Below are positions 1 through 9,648 of a DNA stretch of 42,421 bases, piece by piece (the first letter of the stretch is position 1; each line of letters opens with the position of its first letter). The stretch spans positions 1-42,421 of the forward strand of contig JBGSTX010000200.1 of the NCBI GenBank assembly GCA_041736305.1. The letters are read 5' to 3'. Position numbers and translations under genes: made by a program. This DNA is from Oligoflexus sp. Its GTDB lineage: Bacteria > Bdellovibrionota_B > Oligoflexia > Oligoflexales > Oligoflexaceae. The notes under the pieces were generated by a model, which saw only the letters and a program-made list of their open reading frames with translations, had not been told where the DNA came from and did no database searches.

Positions 1-276
1 CTTTTTGTTCCTACGGAGAAGAGCATGCTCTTGCTGGCGGAAAAAGCTGGCTTCAAACTTTTAAGAAGCGAATACGACTCAGAGGCTTTTCAGTTCTGGG
101 CCAGCGAGCAGTACGTGCGTAAAATATCCCTGCATGACCCGGTTTCGTACGCCAGCGAACCAAAAAAGTCTATTTTCAAGCCTGAGGACATCCGCAATTT
201 CGAGAATTCGGCTCGGGAGCTCAATCAAAAGCGCGATGGCGACCAAGCGTGCTTTGTTTTCCAAGCAAGCTCTTAG
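1..276 (+). CDS. C-terminal part of a probable class I SAM-dependent methyltransferase (5'-truncated by window edge)
   Basis: Ends ...LLAEKAGFKLLRSEYDSEAFQFWASEQY...GDQACFVF, resembling the tails of methyltransferases in polysaccharide loci; the SAM motif lies outside the window. Confidence 0.5.
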   Translation, partial: LFVPTEKSMLLLAEKAGFKLLRSEYDSEAFQFWASEQYVRKISLHDPVSYASEPKKSIFKPEDIRNFENSARELNQKRDGDQACFVFQASS

Positions 277-281
277 GCCCA

Positions 282-998
282 TCAGGAAGCTTTATAGGCT
301 TCCACGCTCCACCCAAAAGGTGCAATGCGCCGCTTATCGAACTTGTCCAGACCTAGCAAAACAAGCTGCAGACTACGAATGAGAAGCAAGATAAGCCCTC
401 GCAATGGCATAAGGAGGAGGTCCTGGGGCGATTTCATTCTCCGTCCCAATCGGATGCCGGGAAAAATCTCAAAGAGGCTGGTGAGTTCGTAAGACCAGCG
501 GAGGAATACGCCTCCGAAAGGTTGGACTTTGATTTTACCGGAAGCAAAACCAGCGCGTTCGAGCAAAACCTTCAGTCCATATGATGTGTAACGGAAAAAA
601 TCGTAGGGGGTTTGGTGCTCGTGGTGGAAGAAGGGCACTGTTACCATCAGCACGCCTCCATCTTTGAGCACGCGACTCATCTCGCTGAGACAGCGCAGAG
701 GATCATCGAGGTGCTCGATGACCTCTGTGCAAAGTATAGCGTCGAACTCCTTGGCTTCGAACGGAAGCTTGTCCAAGGGCGCGACGAAATCAAGGTGCGA
801 GTAATCCCAGTCGGCGTCGCCAACGGCGGCATCAACCGCCACATACTGGCAATGGCTGAAGTATTTTTTGTAGACGCATTCACCAGCTCCGGCATCGAGG
901 ATGCGACTGCCCGACTGCAAAAGCTGAGCCTGCTTACGGACAAACGTTTCGACATGAACTTTTGCTGCGTCTTTTAATAAGGCATAGATTTGGTTCAT
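282..998 (-). CDS. Class I SAM-dependent methyltransferase (type 11)
   Basis: Motif I ILDAGAGE, LPF..FDAILCTEVIEH, RVLKDGG, and H..PYDFFRYT typical of glycan-locus methyltransferases; start placed at ATG 998. Confidence 0.85.
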   Translation of the reverse strand: MNQIYALLKDAAKVHVETFVRKQAQLLQSGSRILDAGAGECVYKKYFSHCQYVAVDAAVGDADWDYSHLDFVAPLDKLPFEAKEFDAILCTEVIEHLDDPLRCLSEMSRVLKDGGVLMVTVPFFHHEHQTPYDFFRYTSYGLKVLLERAGFASGKIKVQPFGGVFLRWSYELTSLFEIFPGIRLGRRMKSPQDLLLMPLRGLILLLIRSLQLVLLGLDKFDKRRIAPFGWSVEAYKAS

Positions 999-1014
999 CG
1001 ATTTGCCGCTACCT

Positions 1015-2295
1015 CTAATGACTAGGGCTAGTCTTGCGATGTAGCCAGAAATAGAAAATGGCACCGAACACCGCCCAGTATCCAAAAAGAAAGATAAAAT
1101 ACCCGAGATCCTGCCAGCTATGAAGCGCGAATTTCAAGAGCGGAAATCCTATCAGGGCCAGGGCTGCTACAATTTTAGAGGCGCTTATCTGACGTTTTTG
1201 ATAGATCGCGTAAGCCGAATAAGGCACCACGGCTTGGGCCACCCATAATCCAAGCATGCCCCAAAAGAAATAGGTGAACGAAGGAGTCAAGTGCGGGCCA
1301 AAGAGCCATTCAACCAGACCAGCCCAGAACATCAGATAGAGCAGACCTAGAGCTAGAATCAGCATAAGAAAAAGGTTTTTAAGCAATTTCAGGCTTTCGT
1401 CGGCGTAAGCTCGGCTCGATTCGAGCTGCTGATTGAAAAGCCGTGGCAAAGCCAAAATAATGTAAGTTTGAAAAAAGAGAGAAAAGGGTGTTCCTACAGC
1501 CAAAGCCGTATTGAGAAAGGCGACTTGTGTTTCACCAACCTGCCTCACCATGAAGCCGTGAAAGAGCAAAGTCGAGACAATCAGCAGCGCGCTTAGAAGA
1601 GCGGTCTGCATCGCTGAGCGAACGAACAGGCGGAACTGTACACGGTCCACCTCCCCACGAGGCACATCCCCTTTATAACGCTGCGGCTTCCACAAGAGGA
1701 CGAAAACGCCAGCCATGAGCAGGGAGCTCAGAGTGAAAATGAGAAATGCATGAATCAGGCTCTGATCGGGCCAGAAATACCAGGAACTGAGAAAGGCTCC
1801 TGATGCTACAACCCGAGCGAGCCGCACCGTCACAGCGCGGCCGACGCGGCCCGCCGCATACGATTGAGTGTCGTAAATCGAAAATATGATGAGGGGGTAG
1901 AGAGCCGCGACGAAAATAAGCATAGCTGCAAAAAGCTCAGTGGAGAACTTTGCTAAGACACCGTAAAGCAAAGCAGCCACCATTCCCATACTCACAAACA
2001 TCGTACGCAGCTGAGCCAGGTGCTTCAGAGCCAGCTTGTGGGCTCGGGAGCCTTGTCGGTGCTGAAGAGTTAAAAATTCGGTTTGCGAACCCAGGTCTAA
2101 CAGCGCGAGATAAGTCGAAAAAAGCAGGAAAACCAGACTGACTTGTGAAAATCGAGCCTGGTCCGGCAGGAAGTGTGAGAGCCCTTTAAGGACAAGGAAG
2201 GTCACACAACCATTAAGAATAGCGCTGCCATGCTGCACCGCATAACCCATGAACTTCGACATCGTCAAGTTTTTAGGAAGGCTGGAGCCTAGCAT
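1015..2295 (-). CDS. Polytopic membrane protein, probable Wzx-like polysaccharide flippase
   Basis: About 12 hydrophobic segments, LLDLG motif near the N-terminus, adjacent to glycan methyltransferases. Confidence 0.6.
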   Translation of the reverse strand: MLGSSLPKNLTMSKFMGYAVQHGSAILNGCVTFLVLKGLSHFLPDQARFSQVSLVFLLFSTYLALLDLGSQTEFLTLQHRQGSRAHKLALKHLAQLRTMFVSMGMVAALLYGVLAKFSTELFAAMLIFVAALYPLIIFSIYDTQSYAAGRVGRAVTVRLARVVASGAFLSSWYFWPDQSLIHAFLIFTLSSLLMAGVFVLLWKPQRYKGDVPRGEVDRVQFRLFVRSAMQTALLSALLIVSTLLFHGFMVRQVGETQVAFLNTALAVGTPFSLFFQTYIILALPRLFNQQLESSRAYADESLKLLKNLFLMLILALGLLYLMFWAGLVEWLFGPHLTPSFTYFFWGMLGLWVAQAVVPYSAYAIYQKRQISASKIVAALALIGFPLLKFALHSWQDLGYFIFLFGYWAVFGAIFYFWLHRKTSPSH

Positions 2296-2316
2296 CAGCT
2301 GATCTTAATATTTGGT

Positions 2317-2481
2317 TCAGGTAGCACTTATTGCAAAGATATAGATGGCAAGAGCCAGAAGAATAAGTGCTGCAGCTCCTATCGCCCCAAATTTAATGAG
2401 GGGATTTTTTCTCCGCAGCTTAGTTTCCATCGCCGCTTGAAGCATGTACTCGGTAATATATAGGTCATTTCTACGTTTCAT
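2317..2481 (-). CDS. Small single-TM protein (54 aa), absent from the ORF track
   Basis: ATG 2481 to TGA 2317: MKRRNDLYITEYMLQAAMETKLRRKNPLIKFGAIGAAALILLALAIYIFAISAT; basic N-terminus and hydrophobic tail; co-oriented with neighbours. Confidence 0.5.
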   Translation of the reverse strand: MKRRNDLYITEYMLQAAMETKLRRKNPLIKFGAIGAAALILLALAIYIFAISAT

Positions 2482-2607
2482 AAATAACCCGCCGGAAAGG
2501 GTAGCCTCTAATGTGATGCACTCTTATACCGCTTATTTGGTCTAGCGTCTAACTTTAATGGGCCTCGCGCTAGCGGTATCTCGTCAAAGCCTTGCTAAGC
2601 AATACTT

Positions 2608-3084
2608 TCAGCCTTCTGTTTTCAGGTAAGGCGTGCGGGCTTTGTCTTTGCGCCTTACGGAAAGAACCTTATCGACTTCGGCTATCAGTTCATTGCCTTC
2701 ATCAAAGACCTGTACTTTGAACTGCGGCTCGACCTTATCCATTTCGTCGGCCTGAGCTTTGATGCTCGAGATCTCTTCCCGTGTGATTTTAAAGGCGGCC
2801 CGAACCCGTCCTCGCCCAGGCCTTTTAAATCGAACATGGGCGGACTTATCCCAGACAATATAGTTTGAGCCGAGGTGTTCAATGAGCATCAGCATGTAAA
2901 AGGGATCGGTCATCGCGTAGAGGGAACCGCCGAAATGCACGCCTACGTAATTTCGATTCCAAGGATAAGATCGCAGCTCGACTTCGATGGAGCTGAGATC
3001 GTCAGCTACATGAGTCACCTGGATTCCTGCGCCAAGAAAAGGGGGCCAATAGGATAGCCAACGGAACAGGCGCGCCTTTTTCAT
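2608..3084 (-). CDS. DUF4442 / PaaI-like hotdog-fold thioesterase-family protein
   Basis: WPPFLGAGI, NRNYVGVHFGGSLYAMTDPFYMLML, YIVWDKSA.VRF.RPG motifs; start at ATG 3084. Confidence 0.85.
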   Translation of the reverse strand: MKKARLFRWLSYWPPFLGAGIQVTHVADDLSSIEVELRSYPWNRNYVGVHFGGSLYAMTDPFYMLMLIEHLGSNYIVWDKSAHVRFKRPGRGRVRAAFKITREEISSIKAQADEMDKVEPQFKVQVFDEGNELIAEVDKVLSVRRKDKARTPYLKTEG

Positions 3085-3247
3085 CGAAGATTCTCCCGCC
3101 TCATATGAAAGCTTTAGCGCAGTGTAACATAAAAATTTCCGAGAAGAGCAGAGTCGACTTGGGCAGGGGCTTCGGCGAGGTGAGGGCGTGCACTTCGCCA
3201 AAGCCTAGCTAAGAGGAGACAGAAGCAAAAGCAAAAACAGAAGATAT

Positions 3248-3781
3248 TCAGAATCCACTGTTGAATGCAACTGATTCCGGGATTCCCAGTTGCCGATGAA
3301 GAAAGGCCAGCTTTGCGACAGCATCGAGCAGGTAGACCTTGTTTACGGGCTTGGGAAGAAAAGCTTGGAATCCTTCTTCGAAGGATTTTTGCATCATTGA
3401 TTCTTCATGATGGGCCGAGATCGCAATCAATGGTATTAGTCCGTTTTCTTCGTAAGAATGGGAAGCGCGAAATCTTCGCAAGAGGTCGAACCCATCCTCT
3501 TGCGGCATCGCGAGGTCCGAGATAATGAGACTAGGGTGGAAGGTATCGACAATCCTTAGGGCATCGCGTACTGAGCTAGCCCACTTCACTAAAGCTCCTT
3601 CTTGGGCCAGCATTTTAGCGACGATACGTGCGGAATCAGGCTGGTCGTCGACTACCAGCACATGCAAGCCTTCGATTGAACCGATGTCGGCATCGAAACG
3701 GCTCTCTCGTGAACTTGTAGTCACTGATTTGGAATTCTGTTCTTTTTTTCCGTGCTCCCGATATTCTGGAAACAAGATCAT
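3248..3781 (-). CDS. Stand-alone response regulator receiver protein
   Basis: VLVVDD, IISDLAMPQEDG, IAISAH, FLPKPV receiver motifs. Confidence 0.9.
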   Translation of the reverse strand: MILFPEYREHGKKEQNSKSVTTSSRESRFDADIGSIEGLHVLVVDDQPDSARIVAKMLAQEGALVKWASSVRDALRIVDTFHPSLIISDLAMPQEDGFDLLRRFRASHSYEENGLIPLIAISAHHEESMMQKSFEEGFQAFLPKPVNKVYLLDAVAKLAFLHRQLGIPESVAFNSGF

Positions 3782-3980
3782 AAGCCACCCTTTTTCTAGA
3801 AAAAATAAAAGACCTGCTGATCTCCCCCTTATCAGGAAATAACCTGCTCTCAAGAAAGTCGCAATTGTTTGGCAGCAATTATGTATGAGAAAATTAGGCG
3901 AGTGAACAAGTGTATCGTTTGTTGTAGTTTTTTTTCAAATATTCAGCACCCCGTGATCCTATCAATAATCTATTTCGAGG

Positions 3981-4179
3981 CTGGCTTTGCAAGCTCTCAT
4001 GAGCCGTGAAGTATGTTTATCTGAGCAAGGTCAACTGCTAGGTGCTTTGAGCAGTTTAAGGGGCATCACCTGCATGGTGGGCCCCTTAATTTTTTAAGCA
4101 GCTCATCGCTTACACGACAGGCTGGAACGGAATTCCGTATCTCCTTGTCTCAGGCTTTGTACTGCTTCCTGTACTTATG
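3981..4179 (+). pseudogene. Frameshifted fragment of a TetA/TCR-family MFS transporter (C-terminal helices)
   Basis: ALQALMSREVCLSEQGQLLGALSSLRGITCMVGPLIF, a frameshift in the T-run at 4090-4095, then KQLIAYTTGWNGIPYLLVSGFVLLPVLM; resembles TetA PALQAxxS...QGQLQG.L..L..I.GPL...WNG. Confidence 0.65.
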
Positions 4180-4412
4180 GATGGGAAGGCGACGGGCAAA
4201 AACCTGAAGATAATGGCAGCGCCATATAAGCGCATGATCTGCTTGAATCTTTCAAGCAAAGCTTGGCATTCGGATTGCATTGCCTAAAGTGGGCAATCAG
4301 TCCGTTGTGTGTTCCTGGATATCTGCTTACATCCTCTTTATGCCATCCTAAACTTCCCGTCAAAGATTTTGGCTTACAGGCCAAACATTTCCCCACATGC
4401 AGCGGACAAAAC

Positions 4413-4432
4413 AGCCCGAAAAGGGCTTTTTT
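4413..4432 (+). terminator. Possible intrinsic terminator
   Basis: AGCCC-GAAAA-GGGCT followed by TTTTT. Confidence 0.4.
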
Positions 4433-4548
4433 CTCATTTTGACGTAGTCTGCATCATATTTGCAGCAGTTTAGACTGAATTCAAATACCTGCAGCGCATA
4501 TTCAGAATCCTTCACCGAAAAGCTGCCGCAGTCCTAGAATCGATACAA

Positions 4549-4815
4549 TTATTTTTGCTCGGGATCAGTTACGCTGGGGGCACTTTCAATAGCCTTTGCT
4601 TCAGCTGGAGCTTCTACGCTAGGAGCAGCGTCCATAACTTTCGGCTCGGTGGTAGCCTCCGCTTCAGCTTTAGTCTCGTCACTCTTGCTAGCAGCGGGAG
4701 TGCCTTTGTACCAGCGCACTGTTTCGTCCCAGTTAAGACGGTCTTGAGCCGTCATACATCCCTGAAGAGAAAAGCTAAGGCCAAGGCTTGCAAGTAAGAA
4801 AAATGAAGTTTTCAT
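4549..4815 (-). CDS. Small lipoprotein with Ala/Glu/Pro-rich tail
   Basis: Signal peptide with lipobox SLQGC; GGAGG RBS upstream. Confidence 0.7.
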   Translation of the reverse strand: MKTSFFLLASLGLSFSLQGCMTAQDRLNWDETVRWYKGTPAASKSDETKAEAEATTEPKVMDAAPSVEAPAEAKAIESAPSVTDPEQK

Positions 4816-5174
4816 GGTTTCGCTTCCTCCAGGTTTTTATGATGCTTTCATCCTCCTTTTGGTGCAAAACGCAAGCCCAGCATTTTCTCCAAGTGTTACA
4901 GCCTTGCCTGGAGACGAATGTTTAAGGCTTCGACGAACAGTGCGTTAGAATCCACGACAAAAAGCAGCTACTTTTCCACAAATCCTGATGCAAGGTATTT
5001 TTGTGCGTCCTTTCCCGGATGAGTGTGTGCAGTAGCTGCTATCCCTCCCAGAAGAGACCCGGTTATGGTCAGTTTAGTCGCATCTACATTCAAGCGGAGC
5101 AATGATTACCGCCTCTTTTGGGAAAAGCTCAGTCGTGGTATTTACGACGCTGGACAATACTGCCGCATAGGTAG

Positions 5175-5273
5175 ACCTCGGTCGGTGCCAGCCAGGTACT
5201 ATCGGCTGTCAAGTTGCTCCAAGAGCTCTCTAATCGTCTTCAGGTTATGGTGAAGCGAGTCCAAGGTAACTGA
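5175..5273 (+). pseudogene. Possible remnant of a methyl-accepting chemotaxis protein C-terminus
   Basis: TSVGASQVLSAVKLLQELSNRLQVMVKRVQGN*, preceded by stops and a frameshift; resembles an MCP terminal helix. Confidence 0.35.
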
Positions 5274-5287
5274 ATTCTCTCTCTTGA

Positions 5288-5311
5288 AAGGGTCTTCCCA
5301 GGAAGGCCCTT
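5288..5311. terminator. Hairpin downstream of the cNMP-binding gene, possible bidirectional terminator
   Basis: AAGGGTCTTCC-CA-GGAAGGCCCTT inverted repeat. Confidence 0.5.
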
Positions 5312-5318
5312 GTTTGTC

Positions 5319-5813
5319 CTAACTAGCCCTAGGAAGCTTAGCTGGGCCTTCAACAGTCTCATCTACGGCGACCTTGATTTGTGCCATCCGGCTGTAAGAG
5401 CCTCGCAATCGATGCCCGAGAATGCGGCAAAGGTTGAGAGTCATAACCGCAACGATGCGGGGATTGCGACTAAAAAAATCTGTAATATGATCGTGTTTTA
5501 TTTCCAAAACTGCGCAAGCAGTGGCAGCAACAACGCCGATTGTATAAGGTTTTTTGTCAAGCAGGACCAGCATGCCGAAGACTTCACCTTGCTTGAGGCG
5601 CTCAACTCGGATCCTCCCGCCCTTCGTCTCTTTATGCAATTCGGCTATCCCTTCGAGAAGGACAAAAATCTGATCTGCTGGACCACCTTCTTTGACTATC
5701 GTTTCACCTTGCGCGAAGTGATGGACTTTTTGTGTCCGAACGACCTTATCGATTTCTTCATCGTACATTTCAAAGAAGAGTGGGCACCCTTTAAGGACAT
5801 CCTGAATCGACAT
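5319..5813 (-). CDS. Stand-alone cyclic-nucleotide-binding (cNMP/CRP-family) domain protein
   Basis: LKGCPLF, F..GETIVKEGGPADQIFVLLEG, L..GEVFG; no C-terminal HTH; canonical FGE and R positions are altered (FGM...PYT). Confidence 0.85.
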   Translation of the reverse strand: MSIQDVLKGCPLFFEMYDEEIDKVVRTQKVHHFAQGETIVKEGGPADQIFVLLEGIAELHKETKGGRIRVERLKQGEVFGMLVLLDKKPYTIGVVAATACAVLEIKHDHITDFFSRNPRIVAVMTLNLCRILGHRLRGSYSRMAQIKVAVDETVEGPAKLPRAS

Positions 5814-5818
5814 GAAAA

Positions 5819-6700
5819 TCAGGCTCCTTTTTTATAGTTTCGTCCCTGTTCCGCGTCACTTTTACGAAGATCGTCGCGAATATCCTTGAGCAAGAGAACT
5901 AAGCTGTTTTCAGCAAATGTGAGCTTACTTCCGTGGATGCGATACCACATGAATTCGATCGCTCGCTCGAAGTTCTTAGCCACTTCGTCTCGAACAGTAT
6001 TCAGCGGAAAAAGAGCTGTCGTCACCGTAATGATTACGCTGAAGCCAATCCCGGCGATCGATGTATTCATCGAGTGAGCGACTTGCGAGACGAAGAGGTT
6101 GAGAATGGGGCTGGCCTCACCTAGCTTCGCGATATCGATGGTAGAAATAAGTGGTAAAGACGTTGTGATACCCACAAATGTTCCGAAGATACCACCGATG
6201 ACAAAGAGGTTCGGCAGAATATCGAGGAAGCGATTGAGGCCTTCCATGGGTAGGAAGCCGAAGAGAAGGCGCCACTTCGTGTCTTGATTGAGCACCCTGT
6301 CTGCTAGCTCAGCGCAGTTCGGCTGCTGAGGACTTTTCAAAGCGTCGGCCTGCTGTTTCATCGCGATAATAACGCTCTGGGTTCCGTCGGCGTAATCATG
6401 CAGGTTTTCGGAACGTCCACCGCGCGATGCTTGGAAGCGCAAGGAGCGTCCGGGTAGATATTCTTTGATGCGGTTCAGTATGTTTTCGAGCCAGACATCG
6501 ACGTCATCGACAGGGCTCTTTTGGGTCTCTTCTTCTTCCAGATGTTTGATAACCGAACGAGCAAAAGTATTAAAATACGCCTGGTTGTTCTTGTTAGCTC
6601 GGTGCGCGATGATCCTTAGACAAAGAGTAGCTGCGCAAACCACAGCCATCATCCAAATCAGGTTTACAGCGAAAATTTTGGCGATTTCAATGACTGACAT
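5819..6700 (-). CDS. MotA/TolQ/ExbB (ZorA-like) proton-channel membrane protein
   Basis: N-terminal TM, cytoplasmic domain, then LPNLFVIGGIFGTFVGI and MNTSIAGIGFSVII, the TM2/TM3 signatures of the family. Confidence 0.75.
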   Translation of the reverse strand: MSVIEIAKIFAVNLIWMMAVVCAATLCLRIIAHRANKNNQAYFNTFARSVIKHLEEEETQKSPVDDVDVWLENILNRIKEYLPGRSLRFQASRGGRSENLHDYADGTQSVIIAMKQQADALKSPQQPNCAELADRVLNQDTKWRLLFGFLPMEGLNRFLDILPNLFVIGGIFGTFVGITTSLPLISTIDIAKLGEASPILNLFVSQVAHSMNTSIAGIGFSVIITVTTALFPLNTVRDEVAKNFERAIEFMWYRIHGSKLTFAENSLVLLLKDIRDDLRKSDAEQGRNYKKGA

Positions 6701-8777
6701 TCTCGGCTCCTGCGAACTTTAGTTTTTCCGATATCTTTTGCAGCTGACGATCCGTGTCTTTCTGATTCTTCAGAACAAACTGAATCTCAACGCGTCTCGA
6801 CTTCTTACAATCAAAGGGGCCGCAGCCGCATTCTTCGAACTTCAGGGCCGCGGTGCTATCTTTGAGGCATTGGGAAGCAGGATCGTGTGGTATGGACTTC
6901 ATGAGACCCATGCCCGAAACATGGACCATCTTGCGCATCTGCTCTTTGAATGGATAAGCAGGAATTTGGGTACCGAGCATGTAGGTAACGATTTCTCTGG
7001 CGCGGCTGACGCTGAGTTCCAGGTTGTATTCGTAGGCTTCGCCTTCTGCTCGAGTAGGATCGACAAATTCCTTTTTGAACTTAGGGCTTGCGTAGCCCGT
7101 AACATGGATACTCTCGATGCGCTTGGCTATCTGTGGGTTGCCTAGGAGGCTGGAAGCATAGATAGGCAGAATTTTTGCGATTTTCTGCTTAGCTTCTTCC
7201 CGCAGTTCATAGGAAGCGTTTTGGAAGTAGAAGGATTCATCCATGCGCAGGGTAATGTTCCCGGTCTCCGGGTTGATGTCGACGTCGATACCGGAGTCTT
7301 TGAGATTTTTACTGAGCCCTTCGGCTATCTTTTTGCGCTCGTTGTCGATATCGTTTACGACCTGCCGGGCGGCATTGAGACTGGAACTCGCGCCGTTGAG
7401 GCGATCATTTTGATCCTTTACGACTGCGGCAAGCTTATTTTTATCAGCTTTTACTTGTGACTTCTCATCTTCGCAAGCGAGCTTATCTTTCTGACCTTCT
7501 GCGAGACGCCGGTCGAGGTTTTGCTGTTCCTTCTCGAGGTCTTTGACGGCGGCAGACAATTCTTTGGCCTTGTCGTCGAGATCTTTTTTATCGAGCGCTG
7601 CGGCAGCGAGACGTTTTTCAAGTTCATCTTGATTCCGCTTCATTTTATCGAGCTCGCCGTCTTTGCCTTTGAGTTGGCCCGCAAGCTTATTCAGATTGCC
7701 TTCCATGTCTTTCAGTTGGCTTTGACCATCGGCCTGGCCCTTCATACTATCTTTGTATTTTCCTTCGAGTCCTTTGTTTTTACCCTGAAGGTCTTTGTTT
7801 TCTCCTTCGAGGCCGGCAACTTTCTGGCCCATTTCTTTGAGGGTCCCTTCAAGGCCGCCGCTTTTGGTCTTTTCATTGGCCAGCTGCGCGCCAAGACCAT
7901 CTTTTTCAGCCTTCAAATCTGAGTTTGCCTGAGCCAGACCCGCGTTCTTGCCTTCTAACGATTGATTTGCCTTTTTGAGAGCACTGTTCTCGGCCCGGAG
8001 CTTCTCAAGCTCTGCGGCTTGGCCCTGGCTGGCAGCAGTGATTTCCCTGTTTTTGGACTGAAGGGCCTCCCGTGCATCGGCGAGCGACTTTTTTTCCGCG
8101 TTAACGGCCTCAATCTGCTTTGCAAATGAGAGATTAGCTGCTTCGAGAGCTTTGACGCTGTCTGCCTTCGCTTGCATGGCTATTCCAAGGCTAGCTTTTT
8201 GAACCTGCTGCTGAGAATTTTTGGATTTGGCTTCGTTGAGATCTTGCGTCAGCTTTTGAAGCGCCTGCTCGCGGGTGGCCAGCTCGTTGATGAGCTTTTC
8301 GCGTTGTGCCTGGCTAGAACTGACAATTTGGGCTTTTATAGCAAGTTCTTGGTCCTTCTGGGTCAAGAGGTCTTGCGAGCGCTTTATGACAGCTTCATTC
8401 TCATTCTGCCGATTATAGAGATTAGATATGGACTTCTCGCGATTTTCCATCGCTTCTGCCATTTGCCCTATTTGGGCAAGGCTGAGCTTCAAGATTTCCC
8501 GTTTCTCAGCCATCTCTTTCAGATCGAGGTTGGCTTGCTCCATTTCTTTGGCTGTTTGATCTTTCTGAGCCTCAGGTATTTGGCCTAAGAGATATTTCTG
8601 TGCCTCCATTTTTTCTTTCTGTACAGCGATCTGGGAGGCCCCCGAACTGAGGAGAGCGAAGACGAACATGATGAGGAAGAGTATCGCGATTCCCATGAAG
8701 AGGTCACTGTTGGCAGTCCAGCCGGTAGTACTCTCATTTTTAGGGGGCTTAGCGCCTTTACGATTTATGCTTTGCAC
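6687..8777 (-). CDS. MotB/ZorB-like protein: TM anchor, long coiled coil, C-terminal OmpA-like peptidoglycan-binding domain
   Basis: GWTANSDLFMGIAILFLIMFV (conserved TM Asp); >400 aa K/E/Q/A-rich heptads; F.NASYEL, IHVTGYAS, YNLELSVSRA, SRRVEIQF. Confidence 0.8.
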   Translation of the reverse strand: MQSINRKGAKPPKNESTTGWTANSDLFMGIAILFLIMFVFALLSSGASQIAVQKEKMEAQKYLLGQIPEAQKDQTAKEMEQANLDLKEMAEKREILKLSLAQIGQMAEAMENREKSISNLYNRQNENEAVIKRSQDLLTQKDQELAIKAQIVSSSQAQREKLINELATREQALQKLTQDLNEAKSKNSQQQVQKASLGIAMQAKADSVKALEAANLSFAKQIEAVNAEKKSLADAREALQSKNREITAASQGQAAELEKLRAENSALKKANQSLEGKNAGLAQANSDLKAEKDGLGAQLANEKTKSGGLEGTLKEMGQKVAGLEGENKDLQGKNKGLEGKYKDSMKGQADGQSQLKDMEGNLNKLAGQLKGKDGELDKMKRNQDELEKRLAAAALDKKDLDDKAKELSAAVKDLEKEQQNLDRRLAEGQKDKLACEDEKSQVKADKNKLAAVVKDQNDRLNGASSSLNAARQVVNDIDNERKKIAEGLSKNLKDSGIDVDINPETGNITLRMDESFYFQNASYELREEAKQKIAKILPIYASSLLGNPQIAKRIESIHVTGYASPKFKKEFVDPTRAEGEAYEYNLELSVSRAREIVTYMLGTQIPAYPFKEQMRKMVHVSGMGLMKSIPHDPASQCLKDSTAALKFEECGCGPFDCKKSRRVEIQFVLKNQKDTDRQLQKISEKLKFAGAENVSH

Positions 8778-9078
8778 AAAACTTACCTCATGACAGCGAA
8801 CAACGATGCAAACGAAGGCTGGGACAGTCCTGTTATCGGACCGGCACGTAGAACTTGAATATTTTTCTTAATAATAAATTTATGTTTGTATTTTCAGATA
8901 GATGGATAGGCAGGAGTGAAAGTAAACCACCGTGGGCGTAGTCGAACAAAAAGGGTTTTTTTCATCCTTACCGGAACGTAATTCCTCCCGCATGATCTTG
9001 CCGATTGTGCGAGTTCGATGTGTGTTGTTCTATCGCCACAGAACTTTAGTGAAGCTAAAAATCAAAGGAGACAAGACC

Positions 9079-9564
9079 ATGAAGAATTTTGCGCTAGCCT
9101 GCCTCTTTGTTGCCAGTGCTGCATCTGCTGCTGAAAATGTCAAAATCGTCAGTATTACGCTTGCTAGGGAAGGGGGAGGAGATTTTGCGGCAGTTGTCGC
9201 GAGAAGCGCCAGCGGAACAGTAAAAGTCTATACCAAATCATGTAGCTTTCAGGAGCTGACGAAGGACCAGCAGGCTCAGACTATGGTCACAATCGAAGGC
9301 CAAGACGCGCTAGACTTGGACATGATATTTAGCAACAAGGCTACATTAGCGAGTGATCAATCTATAAAATTGGGTCTCACAGGAACTTTCCCGACGCTTT
9401 ATGTGACCTACGAGTATCAAGACAGCGAAAATATGACAAAGAGAGTTCGAAGGAAGATATCCAAGCCACTAATTGCTTTAGAGAGCAGAATCTCGCCGGT
9501 CCTTGTTAACATCGAAGAAAAAGCACGGGCCGCATCCATGGCATTCTGCTCGGCACCGAGCTGA
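9079..9564 (+). CDS. Secreted hypothetical protein
   Basis: AAGGAG RBS, ATG 9079, signal peptide MKNFALACLFVASAASA. Confidence 0.7.
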   Translation: MKNFALACLFVASAASAAENVKIVSITLAREGGGDFAAVVARSASGTVKVYTKSCSFQELTKDQQAQTMVTIEGQDALDLDMIFSNKATLASDQSIKLGLTGTFPTLYVTYEYQDSENMTKRVRRKISKPLIALESRISPVLVNIEEKARAASMAFCSAPS

Positions 9565-9577
9565 ATGTTCCAAAGCA

Positions 9578-9600
9578 GCGCCTCTGAACGCGAGAGGCGC
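9578..9600. terminator. Hairpin between convergent genes
   Basis: GCGCCTCT-7nt-AGAGGCGC. Confidence 0.45.
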
Positions 9601-9648
9601 CTCTTATTCAATTTTTGGACAGATCTTCCACAAAAACGGCTGTACTTC

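Noticed and set aside
5199-5321. Stop-codon readthrough extension of the cNMP protein (39 open codons after TAG)
   Set aside because: The extension crosses a terminator-like hairpin and is antisense to the probable MCP relic, so it is likely coincidental
5819-8777. Canonical Zorya system or flagellar motAB
   Set aside because: No zorC/D/E or flagellar genes, reversed order, and the long coil is on the B subunit; reported instead as a variant
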